The position numbers were made by a program, and so were the translations under genes. This document shows, piece after piece, positions 36,147 through 44,871 of a stretch of DNA of 52,218 nucleotides; position 1 is the stretch's first letter; each line of letters opens with the position of its first letter. The stretch lies in the NCBI GenBank assembly GCA_046759865.1, contig JBHIDB010000001.1, positions 1 to 52,218 of the forward strand. Reading direction: 5' to 3'. Source of the DNA: Thermoplasmata archaeon (GTDB lineage: Archaea > Thermoplasmatota > Thermoplasmata > RBG-16-68-12 > JAJISG01). The notes under the pieces were generated by a model. The model was not told the origin of the DNA, made no database searches, and saw only the letters and a program-made list of their open reading frames with translations.

Positions 36147-36625
36147 GAAGCCCTCCATCCGAGCTCCGGGGAGTGTCCCACCCCTTCGGAAGGTTAGAGC
36201 ATCGGTGGCCCCCCGTGGAAAGTTGTTCGCGCAGATTCTGGGCAAGGTTTCAGGTCTCCCCTTTAAGACGCTGGGCTTTTCAGCTGCTTCCCACTGGTGC
36301 CTCATCGCATCCAGGCACCCATTCTGCCAAGCACATGTCTTCCTCCTTCTCCCTAGCCCAACGTAAGAATCTTCTTGCCGTCGAATGGCTAGATCTGACC
36401 GCTCAAGCGAAGCTTCGCCAAAGCGCACTAAGGGTCAGGTATTCCTTTCGCCTCGGAAAGGAGGGAGCTCGTCCAGGCGATTCGACCGTTGGTGAAGTAC
36501 GCTCACCGAGTCGTTCATACCAGCTGAAGACGAACCACTGCATCCTCTCCCTTTCCGTTCCCAGACCCGGGACCCCCCTTTTCGCCTTACACCGGGGAAT
36601 ACAACGGCTGAGATCGGTGTTGGGA

Positions 36626-36700
36626 TGGACTCGCCGGGATTTGAACCCGGGATCGCCGGCTTAGAAGGCCGGTGCCCTCTCCAGGCTAGGCTACGAGTCC
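36626..36700 (-). tRNA. tRNA-Arg (anticodon TCT), 75 nt, no intron; CCA not encoded
   Basis: Hand-folded. Acceptor GGACTCG/CGAGTCC, D-arm GCCT/GGGC, anticodon stem CCGGC/GCCGG with loop CTTCTAA, T-arm CCGGG-TTCAAAT-CCCGG. Confidence 0.92.
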
Positions 36701-36721
36701 CCGATTGCGAGTCGAAGGCCG

Positions 36722-36728
36722 TTATAAA
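36722..36728 (-). promoter_or_regulatory. TATA box (TTTATAA) for tRNA-Arg
   Basis: Centred about 25 nt upstream of the mature tRNA 5' end, which is canonical archaeal promoter spacing. Confidence 0.6.
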
Positions 36729-36764
36729 GCTTTGATGCGGCTGCTGCAGTCCTCGACCGGGCGG

Positions 36765-37136
36765 TTACGCGCTCGCCCGCAGGAGACCCTCGAGAGCCTC
36801 GATGAAATCGCCGGCCACGCGTTCTGCGGCCAGCTCACCCGCTGATTCCACATAGCTCAAGATGAGGTGGTCCGAGACTTTGGTTACGCCTACGAGGTTG
36901 AACCGGCTCCGATCGGCATTGCATAGGATGGTCCGTCCGGTCCCTCGATACCAAGGCGTGAGCTTGCGCGCCCACCGGACAGGGAATCGGATCTCGAGCG
37001 AAGGACCCACCAGGCTGGCGATATCCCCCTCCAACCGGACGAGAGAGACGCGTTGCTGGGGATGCCGCAGCTCCTCCGCCAGTTGAACCTCCGCCATCGT
37101 TGGTGCTCCGACGCCGATGAATCGATGGTCCGCCAA
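36765..37136 (-). CDS. Hypothetical protein
   Basis: 123-aa ORF with a TTG start (alternative ATG at 37097). No recognised motif. The codon pattern is consistent with its neighbours. Confidence 0.45.
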   Translation of the reverse strand: MADHRFIGVGAPTMAEVQLAEELRHPQQRVSLVRLEGDIASLVGPSLEIRFPVRWARKLTPWYRGTGRTILCNADRSRFNLVGVTKVSDHLILSYVESAGELAAERVAGDFIEALEGLLRASA

Positions 37137-37190
37137 CGTATTTAAAACAGGAAACCGTGCGAACTCACCGGGTCTGGAGACGGCGTCACG

Positions 37191-38021
37191 ATGACCGGTG
37201 AGGCGCCCATGGCGGTCGAGGACGCCCTAGCCAAACGTCTTTTGGTAGGGACCAGCGGCTGGTCCTACGACTTCTGGGCGGGGAGCTTCTATCCGACGGG
37301 CACTGCTCCGCGGGACTACCTGCGGCTCTACAGTTCCGTCTTTGACGTCGTGGAGGTCGACTCCAGCTTCTACCGGATTCCATCTCGGGGTATGGTAGCG
37401 GGTTGGCGCCGCGCTACCCCGGAGGACTTCGCATTCACCGCCAAGTTCCCCCGCCGCATCACCCACGAACTCAAACTGCGAGGGATCGAGCGGCCCCTGG
37501 AGCAGTTCTACTCTGCCTTCGATGAGTTGGGATCGAAGCTTCACGCCTTCGTCGTCCAGTTTCCACCTTCCTTCAAGGTGGAGAAGGACCTGCCGGCCCT
37601 GGAGGAGTTCCTTGGTCTGATTCGGGCAGATGTTCCCCATGCCTTGGAGTTCCGGCACACGTCGTGGTTCCACCAAGACGTCTACGACCTTCTCGCGAGC
37701 CATTCCGTGGCGCAGGCCTGGTCCGCCACCCAGTACCTGGATTCCCCGCCAACCGTCACGTCAGACCTCATTTACCTCCGGATGATCGGGGATCGCTCCC
37801 TCAAGCGGCTGGGCGAACTCCAGAAGGATCGGAGCGAGGACATGGGAGTCTGGGAAACGCGGATCCGAGACTCCATTCAGGACGTCCGCCAGGCCTACGT
37901 CTTCTTCAACAACCACTTCGCCGGCTTCGGCCCTGGGTCGGTGAACGAGTTTCACCGCCTCGCCGGCCTCATCGAGAGGGAGTTCCCCCAGTCGGGCCAG
38001 AAGACCCTGGCGGAATTCTGA
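37191..38021 (+). CDS. DUF72 (UPF0759) family protein
   Basis: LLVGTSGWSYDFWAGSFYP...YSSVFDVVEVDSSFYRIP...FVVQFPPSF, the typical DUF72 pattern. Confidence 0.8.
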   Translation: MTGEAPMAVEDALAKRLLVGTSGWSYDFWAGSFYPTGTAPRDYLRLYSSVFDVVEVDSSFYRIPSRGMVAGWRRATPEDFAFTAKFPRRITHELKLRGIERPLEQFYSAFDELGSKLHAFVVQFPPSFKVEKDLPALEEFLGLIRADVPHALEFRHTSWFHQDVYDLLASHSVAQAWSATQYLDSPPTVTSDLIYLRMIGDRSLKRLGELQKDRSEDMGVWETRIRDSIQDVRQAYVFFNNHFAGFGPGSVNEFHRLAGLIEREFPQSGQKTLAEF

Positions 38022-38061
38022 CTCAGGGGAGTCTTCATATTCGCGTGCTCGCATTCTTTGG

Positions 38062-39141
38062 GTGTTGGCCCGGGTCATCATGCACGTCGACATGGACGCC
38101 TTCTATGTGGCGGCCGAGCGGCTGCGGGACCCCTCGTTGGTCGGGAAAGCCGTCATCATCGGCGCCAATCCGAAGGAAGGGAAAGGGCGGGGCGTCGTGG
38201 CAGCCGCCTCGTACGAGGCGAGGGAGAAGGGAGTCCACTCGGCTCTTCCCATCACGACCGCCTACAGGAAGTGTCCCGAAGGCGTATACCTGCGTCCCGA
38301 CTTCTCCTACTACGGCCGCGTCTCCGACGAGGTCATGCGGGTGCTCGAGGAGTTCGCCGACGCCTTCGAGCAGGTAAGCATCGACGAGGCGTTCCTGGAC
38401 GTGACGAGCCGGGCGAATGACTTCCGAAAGGCCCGGGCCCTGGCGCGAGAGATCAAGCGGGCCATCAAGGACCGAACCGGCCTGACGGCCTCGGTGGGTG
38501 TCGCGCCCAACAAGTCCATCGCGAAGATTGCCTCGGACAAGGAGAAGCCGGATGGCCTGACCGTGGTCAGCCCCCAACGCGTGGAGTCTTTCCTCCGTCC
38601 CCTACCCGTGTCCGACATCCCGGGTGTCGGCACGAAGACGAAGGCCGCGTTGAAGCGAATGGGGATCGAAAGGGTTGGAGAGCTGGCGGACACGCCCCCC
38701 AGCGACTTGACGACGGCCTTCGGGAAGGGAGGCGTTTGGCTCTGGGCCATCGCTCGCGGAGAGGAGGAGGCGCCCGTGGAGGGTCGGGGGGAGCCCAAGT
38801 CCTTTAGCACGGAGCACACCTTCTCCGAGAACCTGGACGATTGGGACCGAATTCTCGCCAAGCTGCCGGCCCTGGTGGACGACGTCTTCTGGCGGGTTCG
38901 GGATGATGGCTACCTCTTTCGTACGGTAAGCATCAAGATCCGGTTCGAGGACTTTGAAACCATGACGCGAGACAAGACGCTGACGGCTCACTCCAACGAC
39001 AGGCGGACCATTGAGACGGTGGCGAGGGAACACTTCCAGGAGTTCCGAAGCTATCCGAAGAAGGTCCGTCTCATCGGGGTTCGTGTGGCCGGTCTGAAGA
39101 AGGTCGACACGGGCCAAGAGACCCTCCAGCGTTGGACCTAG
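38062..39141 (+). CDS. dinB: Y-family DNA polymerase IV (Dpo4/DinB)
   Basis: HVDMDAFYVAAE, SIDEAFLDVT, ASVGVAPNKSIAKIASD and PVSDIPGVG motifs. GTG start at 38062 or ATG at 38080. Confidence 0.9.
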   Translation: MLARVIMHVDMDAFYVAAERLRDPSLVGKAVIIGANPKEGKGRGVVAAASYEAREKGVHSALPITTAYRKCPEGVYLRPDFSYYGRVSDEVMRVLEEFADAFEQVSIDEAFLDVTSRANDFRKARALAREIKRAIKDRTGLTASVGVAPNKSIAKIASDKEKPDGLTVVSPQRVESFLRPLPVSDIPGVGTKTKAALKRMGIERVGELADTPPSDLTTAFGKGGVWLWAIARGEEEAPVEGRGEPKSFSTEHTFSENLDDWDRILAKLPALVDDVFWRVRDDGYLFRTVSIKIRFEDFETMTRDKTLTAHSNDRRTIETVAREHFQEFRSYPKKVRLIGVRVAGLKKVDTGQETLQRWT

Positions 39142-39355
39142 ACTTCCTTGGACCGCCTCATACCGGGTTGCGGCCCCATTATCTGGGAGGCGGAGCCTCT
39201 ACTCCTTCCCACTCCAACGGCCTACGGTGACAATAAGCCCGACCATCGCAACTGAAAGGTCTCTGGCAAGGCGATTGGTTGTCGTTCCTTTAGCCGTTCC
39301 GTGACAAGGCTAGGACAGGCACGTCCGTGTCCCCGCGTCAGGGGTCTCAGCCGGG

Positions 39356-40078
39356 CTAAGGCGCAATGACGTCGCGGGTCTTCATTCGCTTCTCGAAGAT
39401 CAGGAAGGTGACGGGCATCCACGCTTTGGCGAGTTCCAACATTTGCCCCACCAGATCGCGTATCTCCCATTGGGCGTCCCCAAAGCTACGGATGGCGATG
39501 ATGTGCATGAGGCTCCGCGCGTTCACCGTCATGGTCCCGTTCACCGGCGTCGCGAGAGGGAAGATGTACCGGGCGTCCTCCCGCGGTACCCCGGCGTCCA
39601 CGAGCTGGTCGTACGCTTCGATCATCCGAGAGAACAGGCCGCTGATGAGCTCCTCTCGCTCCGCCCGAGGCAGAGCAATCTCTCGTCTCCCTCCGTCACG
39701 AGAGATCACCGCATCCTGGCGAAAGCTTGGGGGCCAGACGAAGTCGTCAGGGCGGAGGGACCGCAGATTGACGAAACGGCCGCTTTGAATGTCGAAGCTG
39801 GCGAGCCGATGCCGGGTCAATTGGGCGAGGGTGACTCGGCTCATGCCTTCCACCCCGAAGGTGATGGTGGGGTGTTCGAAGGGGCCCCAGTGGCCAGCGC
39901 TGATGAGTTGGATGAGAAAGTTCTCGATTTTTTCGTCGAGGTCCGCACCCTTGATGGGTCGCATGACCTCCTCGAAGGATTCGTTCCAGGGAGCCTGCCT
40001 CATGTAATCGCCGCGTGCCGCTCGACAAACGAGGCGCTCCGGGTCGGCTGTGGCAGCGATCTGGCGAACTCTTACCAT
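39356..40078 (-). CDS. thyX: Flavin-dependent thymidylate synthase
   Basis: ThyX motif RHRLASFDIQSGRF (RHRxxSxxxxSxR). Start set at the ATG at 40078 (MVRVRQIAAT), giving 240 aa; the upstream track extension is Pro/Gly-rich. Confidence 0.88.
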   Translation of the reverse strand: MVRVRQIAATADPERLVCRAARGDYMRQAPWNESFEEVMRPIKGADLDEKIENFLIQLISAGHWGPFEHPTITFGVEGMSRVTLAQLTRHRLASFDIQSGRFVNLRSLRPDDFVWPPSFRQDAVISRDGGRREIALPRAEREELISGLFSRMIEAYDQLVDAGVPREDARYIFPLATPVNGTMTVNARSLMHIIAIRSFGDAQWEIRDLVGQMLELAKAWMPVTFLIFEKRMKTRDVIAP

Positions 40079-40216
40079 CCGGTTCCTCCCACGCGAGGTG
40101 GCCCTCGCCGGGGCCAGAAGAACTTCATCGCTAGTTAAAGGACGCGGGGGGAGGGGGCCGAAAGGGCGACATGCTCCCGCATGCTTGATAACGGGGAACT
40201 GGGTGGCCCTCTGGGC

Positions 40217-40900
40217 GTGGACAGAACCGGGGGGGAAGGCGCATGGGCCATCGTAACCATGGATCGCTTCGGGTCCTCGTTGGAGCGAACCCACCAGCTC
40301 TTATCGAAACGCAGGCGGGGTCGACTGGCGAAGGCCATCCTACAGGATGTCCTTGAGGCCATTCAGGGTTCGCGGCTGCTGGATAGGATTGTCGTGGTAA
40401 CGCACGATTCGGATGTCGCAGCGTTCGTTCGGGGGGAGGGCTTCCCGGTCGTTGACCCCGGTCGAAAAGCCGAAGCGCCCATTCGAGGGGTCATCGAAAG
40501 TGCAGAGGACGAAGGGGCCGAGACCGTGGCACTCCTTCGAGGCGACCTGGCATTGTTGGAGGCGCAGGATCTCGCCTTCTTGGTCGGACGCATGGCCCAC
40601 GGCGCCGGACTGGTCCTCGTCCCCACCCCCGGTCAGTCAGGTCTGAGCATTGTCATCGCGACACCAGAGAATGGGGCGCCCGGAGACTTTGAGGTCGGTG
40701 GTCTGGAATCCTGGCGGGAGCAGGCGGAGACACGCGGAATCGCAACCGAGGGTTATGGAATTCGGGCTGGGTTGCGGCCATCGGGGCCGCACGATCTCCT
40801 GGTGATGTACACAGCGGCCCGGCCGTCCCGCGGGAAGGCGCTCTTGAAGGACTGGGGCCTCGGGCCCAAATTACGGAGAATCGAGGAGACAGAACCGTGA
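40217..40900 (+). CDS. cofC: 2-phospho-L-lactate (or related) guanylyltransferase, CofC family
   Basis: AIVTMDRFGSSLER...RRGRLAKAILQDVLEAI...IVVVTHDSDV, a nucleotidyltransferase-fold pattern. GTG start chosen upstream of the first beta strand. The gene is directly followed by cofE and overlaps it. Confidence 0.65.
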   Translation: MDRTGGEGAWAIVTMDRFGSSLERTHQLLSKRRRGRLAKAILQDVLEAIQGSRLLDRIVVVTHDSDVAAFVRGEGFPVVDPGRKAEAPIRGVIESAEDEGAETVALLRGDLALLEAQDLAFLVGRMAHGAGLVLVPTPGQSGLSIVIATPENGAPGDFEVGGLESWREQAETRGIATEGYGIRAGLRPSGPHDLLVMYTAARPSRGKALLKDWGLGPKLRRIEETEP

Positions 40901-41655
40901 GACGTGTGGAGGTGCTGGGGATTGAGAGCATCCCGGAGGTCAGGGAGGGGGATAGCCTCTCGGCCTTGATTCAGGATGGGATCCGCGAGTCCCGCCTGGA
41001 TCTTCGCGACGGGGATATCGTCGTGGTTAGCCAGAAAATCGTTTCGAAGGCGGAGGGGAGGGCTTTCGATGCTGCCGACCTCTCTGCGAGGCCCCTTGCA
41101 CGCCTCCTTGCCGCGGGGAAACCGAAGGCTCCGGAACAGGTGGAACTCGTCCTCAGAGAGGCGGCTCGGGTGGTCCGCATAGACGCGGAACGCGGCACCC
41201 TCATCGCAGAGACGCGCCACGGCTTTGTGTGTGCCAACGCGGGGATCGACCGATCGAACGTGGGCGAAGGAGAGGTTTACACGGCCTTGCCCGCCGACCC
41301 AGATGCCTTTGCCAGGAGGTTGCGCGAGGCGCTACAGAGGTCCTTCTCCGTCCGGATCGGCGTGGTCGTGAGCGACAGCTTCGGTCGCCCTTGGCGGCAG
41401 GGCTCCACGGACGTGGCGATCGGCGTGGCGGGCCTCTCTCCCTTGAAGGACTACCGCGGACTTCGGGATCCCTACGGGTACGAACTTCGGAGCACCGTCG
41501 TCGCTCTAGCCGATGAGGTAGCCGCGGCCGCAGACCTCGTGAAGGGGAAGCTCGACGAAGTTCCCGTCGCCATCGTGCGTGGGGTGGACTTCCGTGAGGC
41601 GGATGGCTCCATCCGGGAGGCGATTCGGCCGCGGGAGGAAGACCTCTTTCGCTAG
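40897..41655 (+). CDS. cofE: Coenzyme F420-0:L-glutamate ligase
   Basis: GDIVVVSQKIVSKAEGR, HGFVCANAGIDRSNV and VVSDSFGRPWRQG motifs. GTGA overlap with cofC. Confidence 0.88.
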   Translation: MRRVEVLGIESIPEVREGDSLSALIQDGIRESRLDLRDGDIVVVSQKIVSKAEGRAFDAADLSARPLARLLAAGKPKAPEQVELVLREAARVVRIDAERGTLIAETRHGFVCANAGIDRSNVGEGEVYTALPADPDAFARRLREALQRSFSVRIGVVVSDSFGRPWRQGSTDVAIGVAGLSPLKDYRGLRDPYGYELRSTVVALADEVAAAADLVKGKLDEVPVAIVRGVDFREADGSIREAIRPREEDLFR

Positions 41656-42101
41656 GGTCCCTCGGGTTTCTCCTCCGAAGCCTGCCAACGATAAACTTCC
41701 GTGGGAGCGATGCGAATGAGCGGCCAATCCGCCTCCGGGAGACGGACGCCCCGATACTGTTCGTACTTCTGTTCCAGCAGCCGAAAGGCGTTCCTCCGCT
41801 CTCCTGGGTCGGTGACGAGGACGCCCTTCCCGCGAACGAGAAGGTATCGCAACTGGGACCAGTCCTCGCTGTACTCGTCGAGGATCAGCGCGACGCTCGA
41901 GTCTTCCTGGAGATTCTGAACGCGTCGTAACCGGTCGGGAGAAACGCGTTTGGGCTTCTGGTCCACCGCCGTGAAGAAGGACTCGCCATCGAAAGCGAAG
42001 CAGACAGGCACAACGTGAGGGCCGTCTTGTCGATGGACCGTCGCCATCCGGGCCACCCGTTGCCCGCGAATGAAGGCTATGTCCGACTCCGCCCATTCCA
42101 A
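41652..42101 (-). CDS. PPOX-class (pyridoxamine 5'-phosphate oxidase-like) F420-dependent enzyme family protein
   Basis: RVARMATVHRQDGPHVVPVCFAFDGESFFTAVD...SSVALILDEY...LRYLLVRGKG split-barrel pattern. TTG start at 42101. The upstream part of the track ORF is out of frame with a real membrane-protein gene. Confidence 0.7.
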   Translation of the reverse strand: MEWAESDIAFIRGQRVARMATVHRQDGPHVVPVCFAFDGESFFTAVDQKPKRVSPDRLRRVQNLQEDSSVALILDEYSEDWSQLRYLLVRGKGVLVTDPGERRNAFRLLEQKYEQYRGVRLPEADWPLIRIAPTEVYRWQASEEKPEGP

Positions 42102-42106
42102 GTTGC

Positions 42107-42508
42107 CTACGCTCCAGCCATCGGTTTCCGGCGCACCATGACAACTCCGGATACCACCATGAGCCCTCCGAGGACGAACATCGCGAGGGCCGAACTGTCG
42201 GCCATCTGCATGGCGAAGAGGCCCGTCCCTGCCATGAGCGCCCCGACGAGGATCATAAGGCCTCCATAGAGGAGCATCAAACCTCCCTGGTGGCTGGCCC
42301 GAATCCCCACGCCGACGATGAGGAGGATTCCGTTCACGAGGACGATCCCGCTGAAGATGAGGAGGAGAACGGCGGGCAGGGAGGCGGCCGGCATCATGGA
42401 CATACCCATGTCGCCCGATGGGGCAAGGGAGAGGAGGGCCGCGGCAATTCCCACGGCCCCGCTGGTCACGGCCAGTGCCCCGCCCAGGGGCATCCTCGCA
42501 GCCTGCAC
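42107..42508 (-). CDS. Small integral membrane protein (4 predicted TM helices)
   Basis: GALAVTSGAVGIAAALLSLA, LPAVLLLIFSGIVLVNGILLIVGVGI, LMLLYGGLMILVGALMAGTGLF, FVLGGLMVVSGVVMV. Confidence 0.6.
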   Translation of the reverse strand: MQAARMPLGGALAVTSGAVGIAAALLSLAPSGDMGMSMMPAASLPAVLLLIFSGIVLVNGILLIVGVGIRASHQGGLMLLYGGLMILVGALMAGTGLFAMQMADSSALAMFVLGGLMVVSGVVMVRRKPMAGA

Positions 42509-42646
42509 GGAGCCGGTTCTCCGGGAACGTATTTATCGCTTCTGCCCATGCACCGCCCGCGGAGGAGGCACCGCCTGGTACACGACCTTGTCGCACGATG
42601 GAGCCAGAGAGGTCTCTGGTCTCTCAGCTCGAAGGACATTGCCGGA

Positions 42647-43192
42647 ATGGCCGCCCTCGCCGGCGTCGCGTCCGTCCTGGAGATCCTCCCCTTCGACCTG
42701 AGGGTTCCCTTCCCCCTCCTCACCTTCCTCACCTTCGACCCGACAGGGATTCCGATCGCCGTTGCGGCCATCCTGTACGGTCCCATGGGCGCCCTCGTGA
42801 CCGCGAGCATCGCGGGAATCACCATTGCCACTCGCAACCCTGTCTCGGCCGCCTTCAAGACTGCGGCAGAAATGTCCACGGCCGTCCCGCTAGCCCTCGC
42901 TCTGTGGAGCTTCCGCGGAAGACGGGGCGAGGGGGCATCCGGGAGCTGGGTTCTTCTGGGGGTCGCGGGGACCATCGCCATCGCCTCCCGGGTCGCCGTC
43001 ATGACCGGGTTCAACCTCGTCTTCTTGCCTTTGCTGCTGGGCGTTCCAGAGGCCGTCGTTCTGGGCCTCTTGGTGCCCATCGCAATCTTCAATGCAGCCC
43101 AAGGGGCCATCAACGTGGTCCCGGCCTTCATGATCGTTCGCGGCCTGCCTCCCGATTTGAAACCGTCTTGGCTCGCGTGGGGTACAGGGTGA
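42647..43192 (+). CDS. ECF transporter substrate-specific (S) component, specificity unknown
   Basis: 181-aa polytopic membrane protein immediately upstream of two EcfA ATPases and EcfT. This is the first in-frame ATG; the longer track ORF has no plausible N-terminus. Confidence 0.6.
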   Translation: MAALAGVASVLEILPFDLRVPFPLLTFLTFDPTGIPIAVAAILYGPMGALVTASIAGITIATRNPVSAAFKTAAEMSTAVPLALALWSFRGRRGEGASGSWVLLGVAGTIAIASRVAVMTGFNLVFLPLLLGVPEAVVLGLLVPIAIFNAAQGAINVVPAFMIVRGLPPDLKPSWLAWGTG

Positions 43193-43199
43193 GCCTAAC

Positions 43200-44072
43200 A
43201 TGAGCACGCTCATCAACATGCAGGGGTTCAGCTTCCGCTACCGTGGGTCCCCGCAATGGGCCGTGCAGGAGGCCGACCTTCTCGTCGAAGCGGGGGAGGT
43301 GGTCCTCGTGACCGGCCCGACAGGGTCCGGCAAGTCCACCCTCCTCCGGGCCCTCAACGGCCTCATTCCGGACTTCTACGAGGGAGAGGTCCGAGGTTCC
43401 GTGCAGGTGGACGGCCAGGAAGTGCTCACTCTACGCCCGAATCATGTGGCTACGTTCGTGGGGACGGTGTTTCAATCTCCCGAGGACCAGATCATCACAG
43501 CCAAGGTACGCCGGGAGGTTGCCTTCGGGCTGGAGAACCTCGGATTGGAGAGAAAGGACATCGAGGAAAGGGTCGCCCAGACCCTCCTTGCGGTCGGATT
43601 GAGGGGCCTGGAAGATCGGGATCCGGCTAGTCTGAGTGGGGGCCAGAAGCAGCGTCTTGCCCTGGCCGGCATCTTGGCATTGGGTTCGCGGGTGCTCCTC
43701 CTCGACGAACCAGCCTCCGAGCTCGACCCGCGAGGTCGTAGCCAGATTCTCCGCACGATCGAGGGACTCGTAAGGCGGAGATCCCGGACCGTGATCATCA
43801 CGGACCATCGGCTTGAAGATCTCTCTGGCGTAGTTGACCGGATCGTCGTCATGCACGAGGGCCGTATCGCTTTCGATGGAGCGGCTCGGGAAGTCCTAGC
43901 CCAACCCGAGCTCGACCAGTGGGGGGTGGAGGTTCCGACGCCTGTTCGGGTCTGGCGCCGCTTGATGGAGCGGGGCCTCGATGTTCCATGTCCCCTGACC
44001 TCCGACGAGTTGGTCGAGACGATTATCTCGAATGGGAGGATTCTCTCCGATGCGCTCGAAGCCGTTGCTTAG
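43200..44072 (+). CDS. ecfA: ECF transporter ATPase component
   Basis: GPTGSGKSTLL Walker A, LSGGQKQRLALAG signature, LLLDEPASELD Walker B. Confidence 0.9.
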   Translation: MSTLINMQGFSFRYRGSPQWAVQEADLLVEAGEVVLVTGPTGSGKSTLLRALNGLIPDFYEGEVRGSVQVDGQEVLTLRPNHVATFVGTVFQSPEDQIITAKVRREVAFGLENLGLERKDIEERVAQTLLAVGLRGLEDRDPASLSGGQKQRLALAGILALGSRVLLLDEPASELDPRGRSQILRTIEGLVRRRSRTVIITDHRLEDLSGVVDRIVVMHEGRIAFDGAAREVLAQPELDQWGVEVPTPVRVWRRLMERGLDVPCPLTSDELVETIISNGRILSDALEAVA

Positions 44073-44871
44073 TCTCCGCGACGTGCATTACGTCTACCCC
44101 GGCGGGACCTCAGCGATCCGCGGGATCAGCCTTGATGTCGTGCCCGGGGAGCGGGTCGCCCTTCTGGGAGAGAACGGTTCAGGGAAGACGACCCTCGCTC
44201 GCTTGCTTGTCGGCCTCCTGCGGCCCACAGCCGGGTCGATCCACCTTGACGGGACAGAAACCACCGGCCTGACTACCCACGAGATCGCCGAACAGGTGGG
44301 TCTTGTGTTCCAGAATCCCGACCATCAGATCTTCCTGGAACGCGTCTGGGACGAAGTGGCCTTTGGCCCGAAGAACTACGGCCTGGCGGAGGCTGAGATC
44401 GAGGAACGGGTGGGCGCCCAGCTACGTCGGTTTGGCCTCTGGAGGGACCGGTATCGCCTCCCGGCGGCGCTCAGCGGGGGAGAGCGAAAGAGCGTCGCCT
44501 TCGCGTCGAGTTTTGCCCTCCGACCCCGGGTTCTCCTCCTCGATGAGCCCACGAAGGGGATGGACTTCGGGCGGAAACGCCGTTTGGCAGAGGTCGCGAA
44601 GCGCCTCACCGCCACAGGCCGGACCTTCTTCTTCATCACACACGACGTGGAGTTCGCCTTCGCTTCGACCGAACGGGCGGTCGTTCTGCGAAACGGCCGG
44701 GTGTTCATGGAGGGCCGGACCTCGGACGTGCTGAGTCGTCCCGCGGTGGCCGATGCGGGTCTGCAGCTGCCGGCGATTCCGCGACTCCTCGCCATGTTGA
44801 GGGAGCGTGGGATCCCCCCTGAGTCCGCCCTCTATCAGGCGGTTCAGCAGGACACGGGGGGACCGGGGTGA
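44050..44871 (+). CDS. ecfA: ECF transporter ATPase component (second)
   Basis: GENGSGKTTLA, LSGGERKSVAFAS, LLLDEPTKGMD. Start at ATG 44050 (MRSKPLLSLRDV) or 44032. Confidence 0.88.
   Translation: MRSKPLLSLRDVHYVYPGGTSAIRGISLDVVPGERVALLGENGSGKTTLARLLVGLLRPTAGSIHLDGTETTGLTTHEIAEQVGLVFQNPDHQIFLERVWDEVAFGPKNYGLAEAEIEERVGAQLRRFGLWRDRYRLPAALSGGERKSVAFASSFALRPRVLLLDEPTKGMDFGRKRRLAEVAKRLTATGRTFFFITHDVEFAFASTERAVVLRNGRVFMEGRTSDVLSRPAVADAGLQLPAIPRLLAMLRERGIPPESALYQAVQQDTGGPG

Noticed and set aside
36147-36625. Specific assignment of the ORF-free region to RNase P RNA or SRP (7S) RNA
   Set aside because: The only RNase P-like fragments lie on opposite strands: GGAAAGU with a possible P4 partner CGAACCACU on the plus strand, and GGGUGCC...ACCAGUG on the minus strand. 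No SRP helix-8 GGAA/AGCA motif was found. This is insufficient for a call without a covariance-model search.
36138-36664. ORFs 36173-36664 (+, 163 aa) and 36138-36428 (-, 96 aa)
   Set aside because: Their composition is not protein-like (Ser/Arg/Pro/Leu-rich with scattered Cys/Trp/His). The plus ORF reads through tRNA-Arg. The region is treated as non-coding.
42102-42646. Upstream extensions of track ORFs 41652-42596 (minus) and 42290-43192/42418-43203 (plus)
   Set aside because: The extensions are Arg/Gly/Pro-rich. They overlap the clearly hydrophobic four-helix membrane ORF 42107-42508 or lack any start-proximal signal. PPOX and ECF-S similarity begins only at the shortened coordinates.
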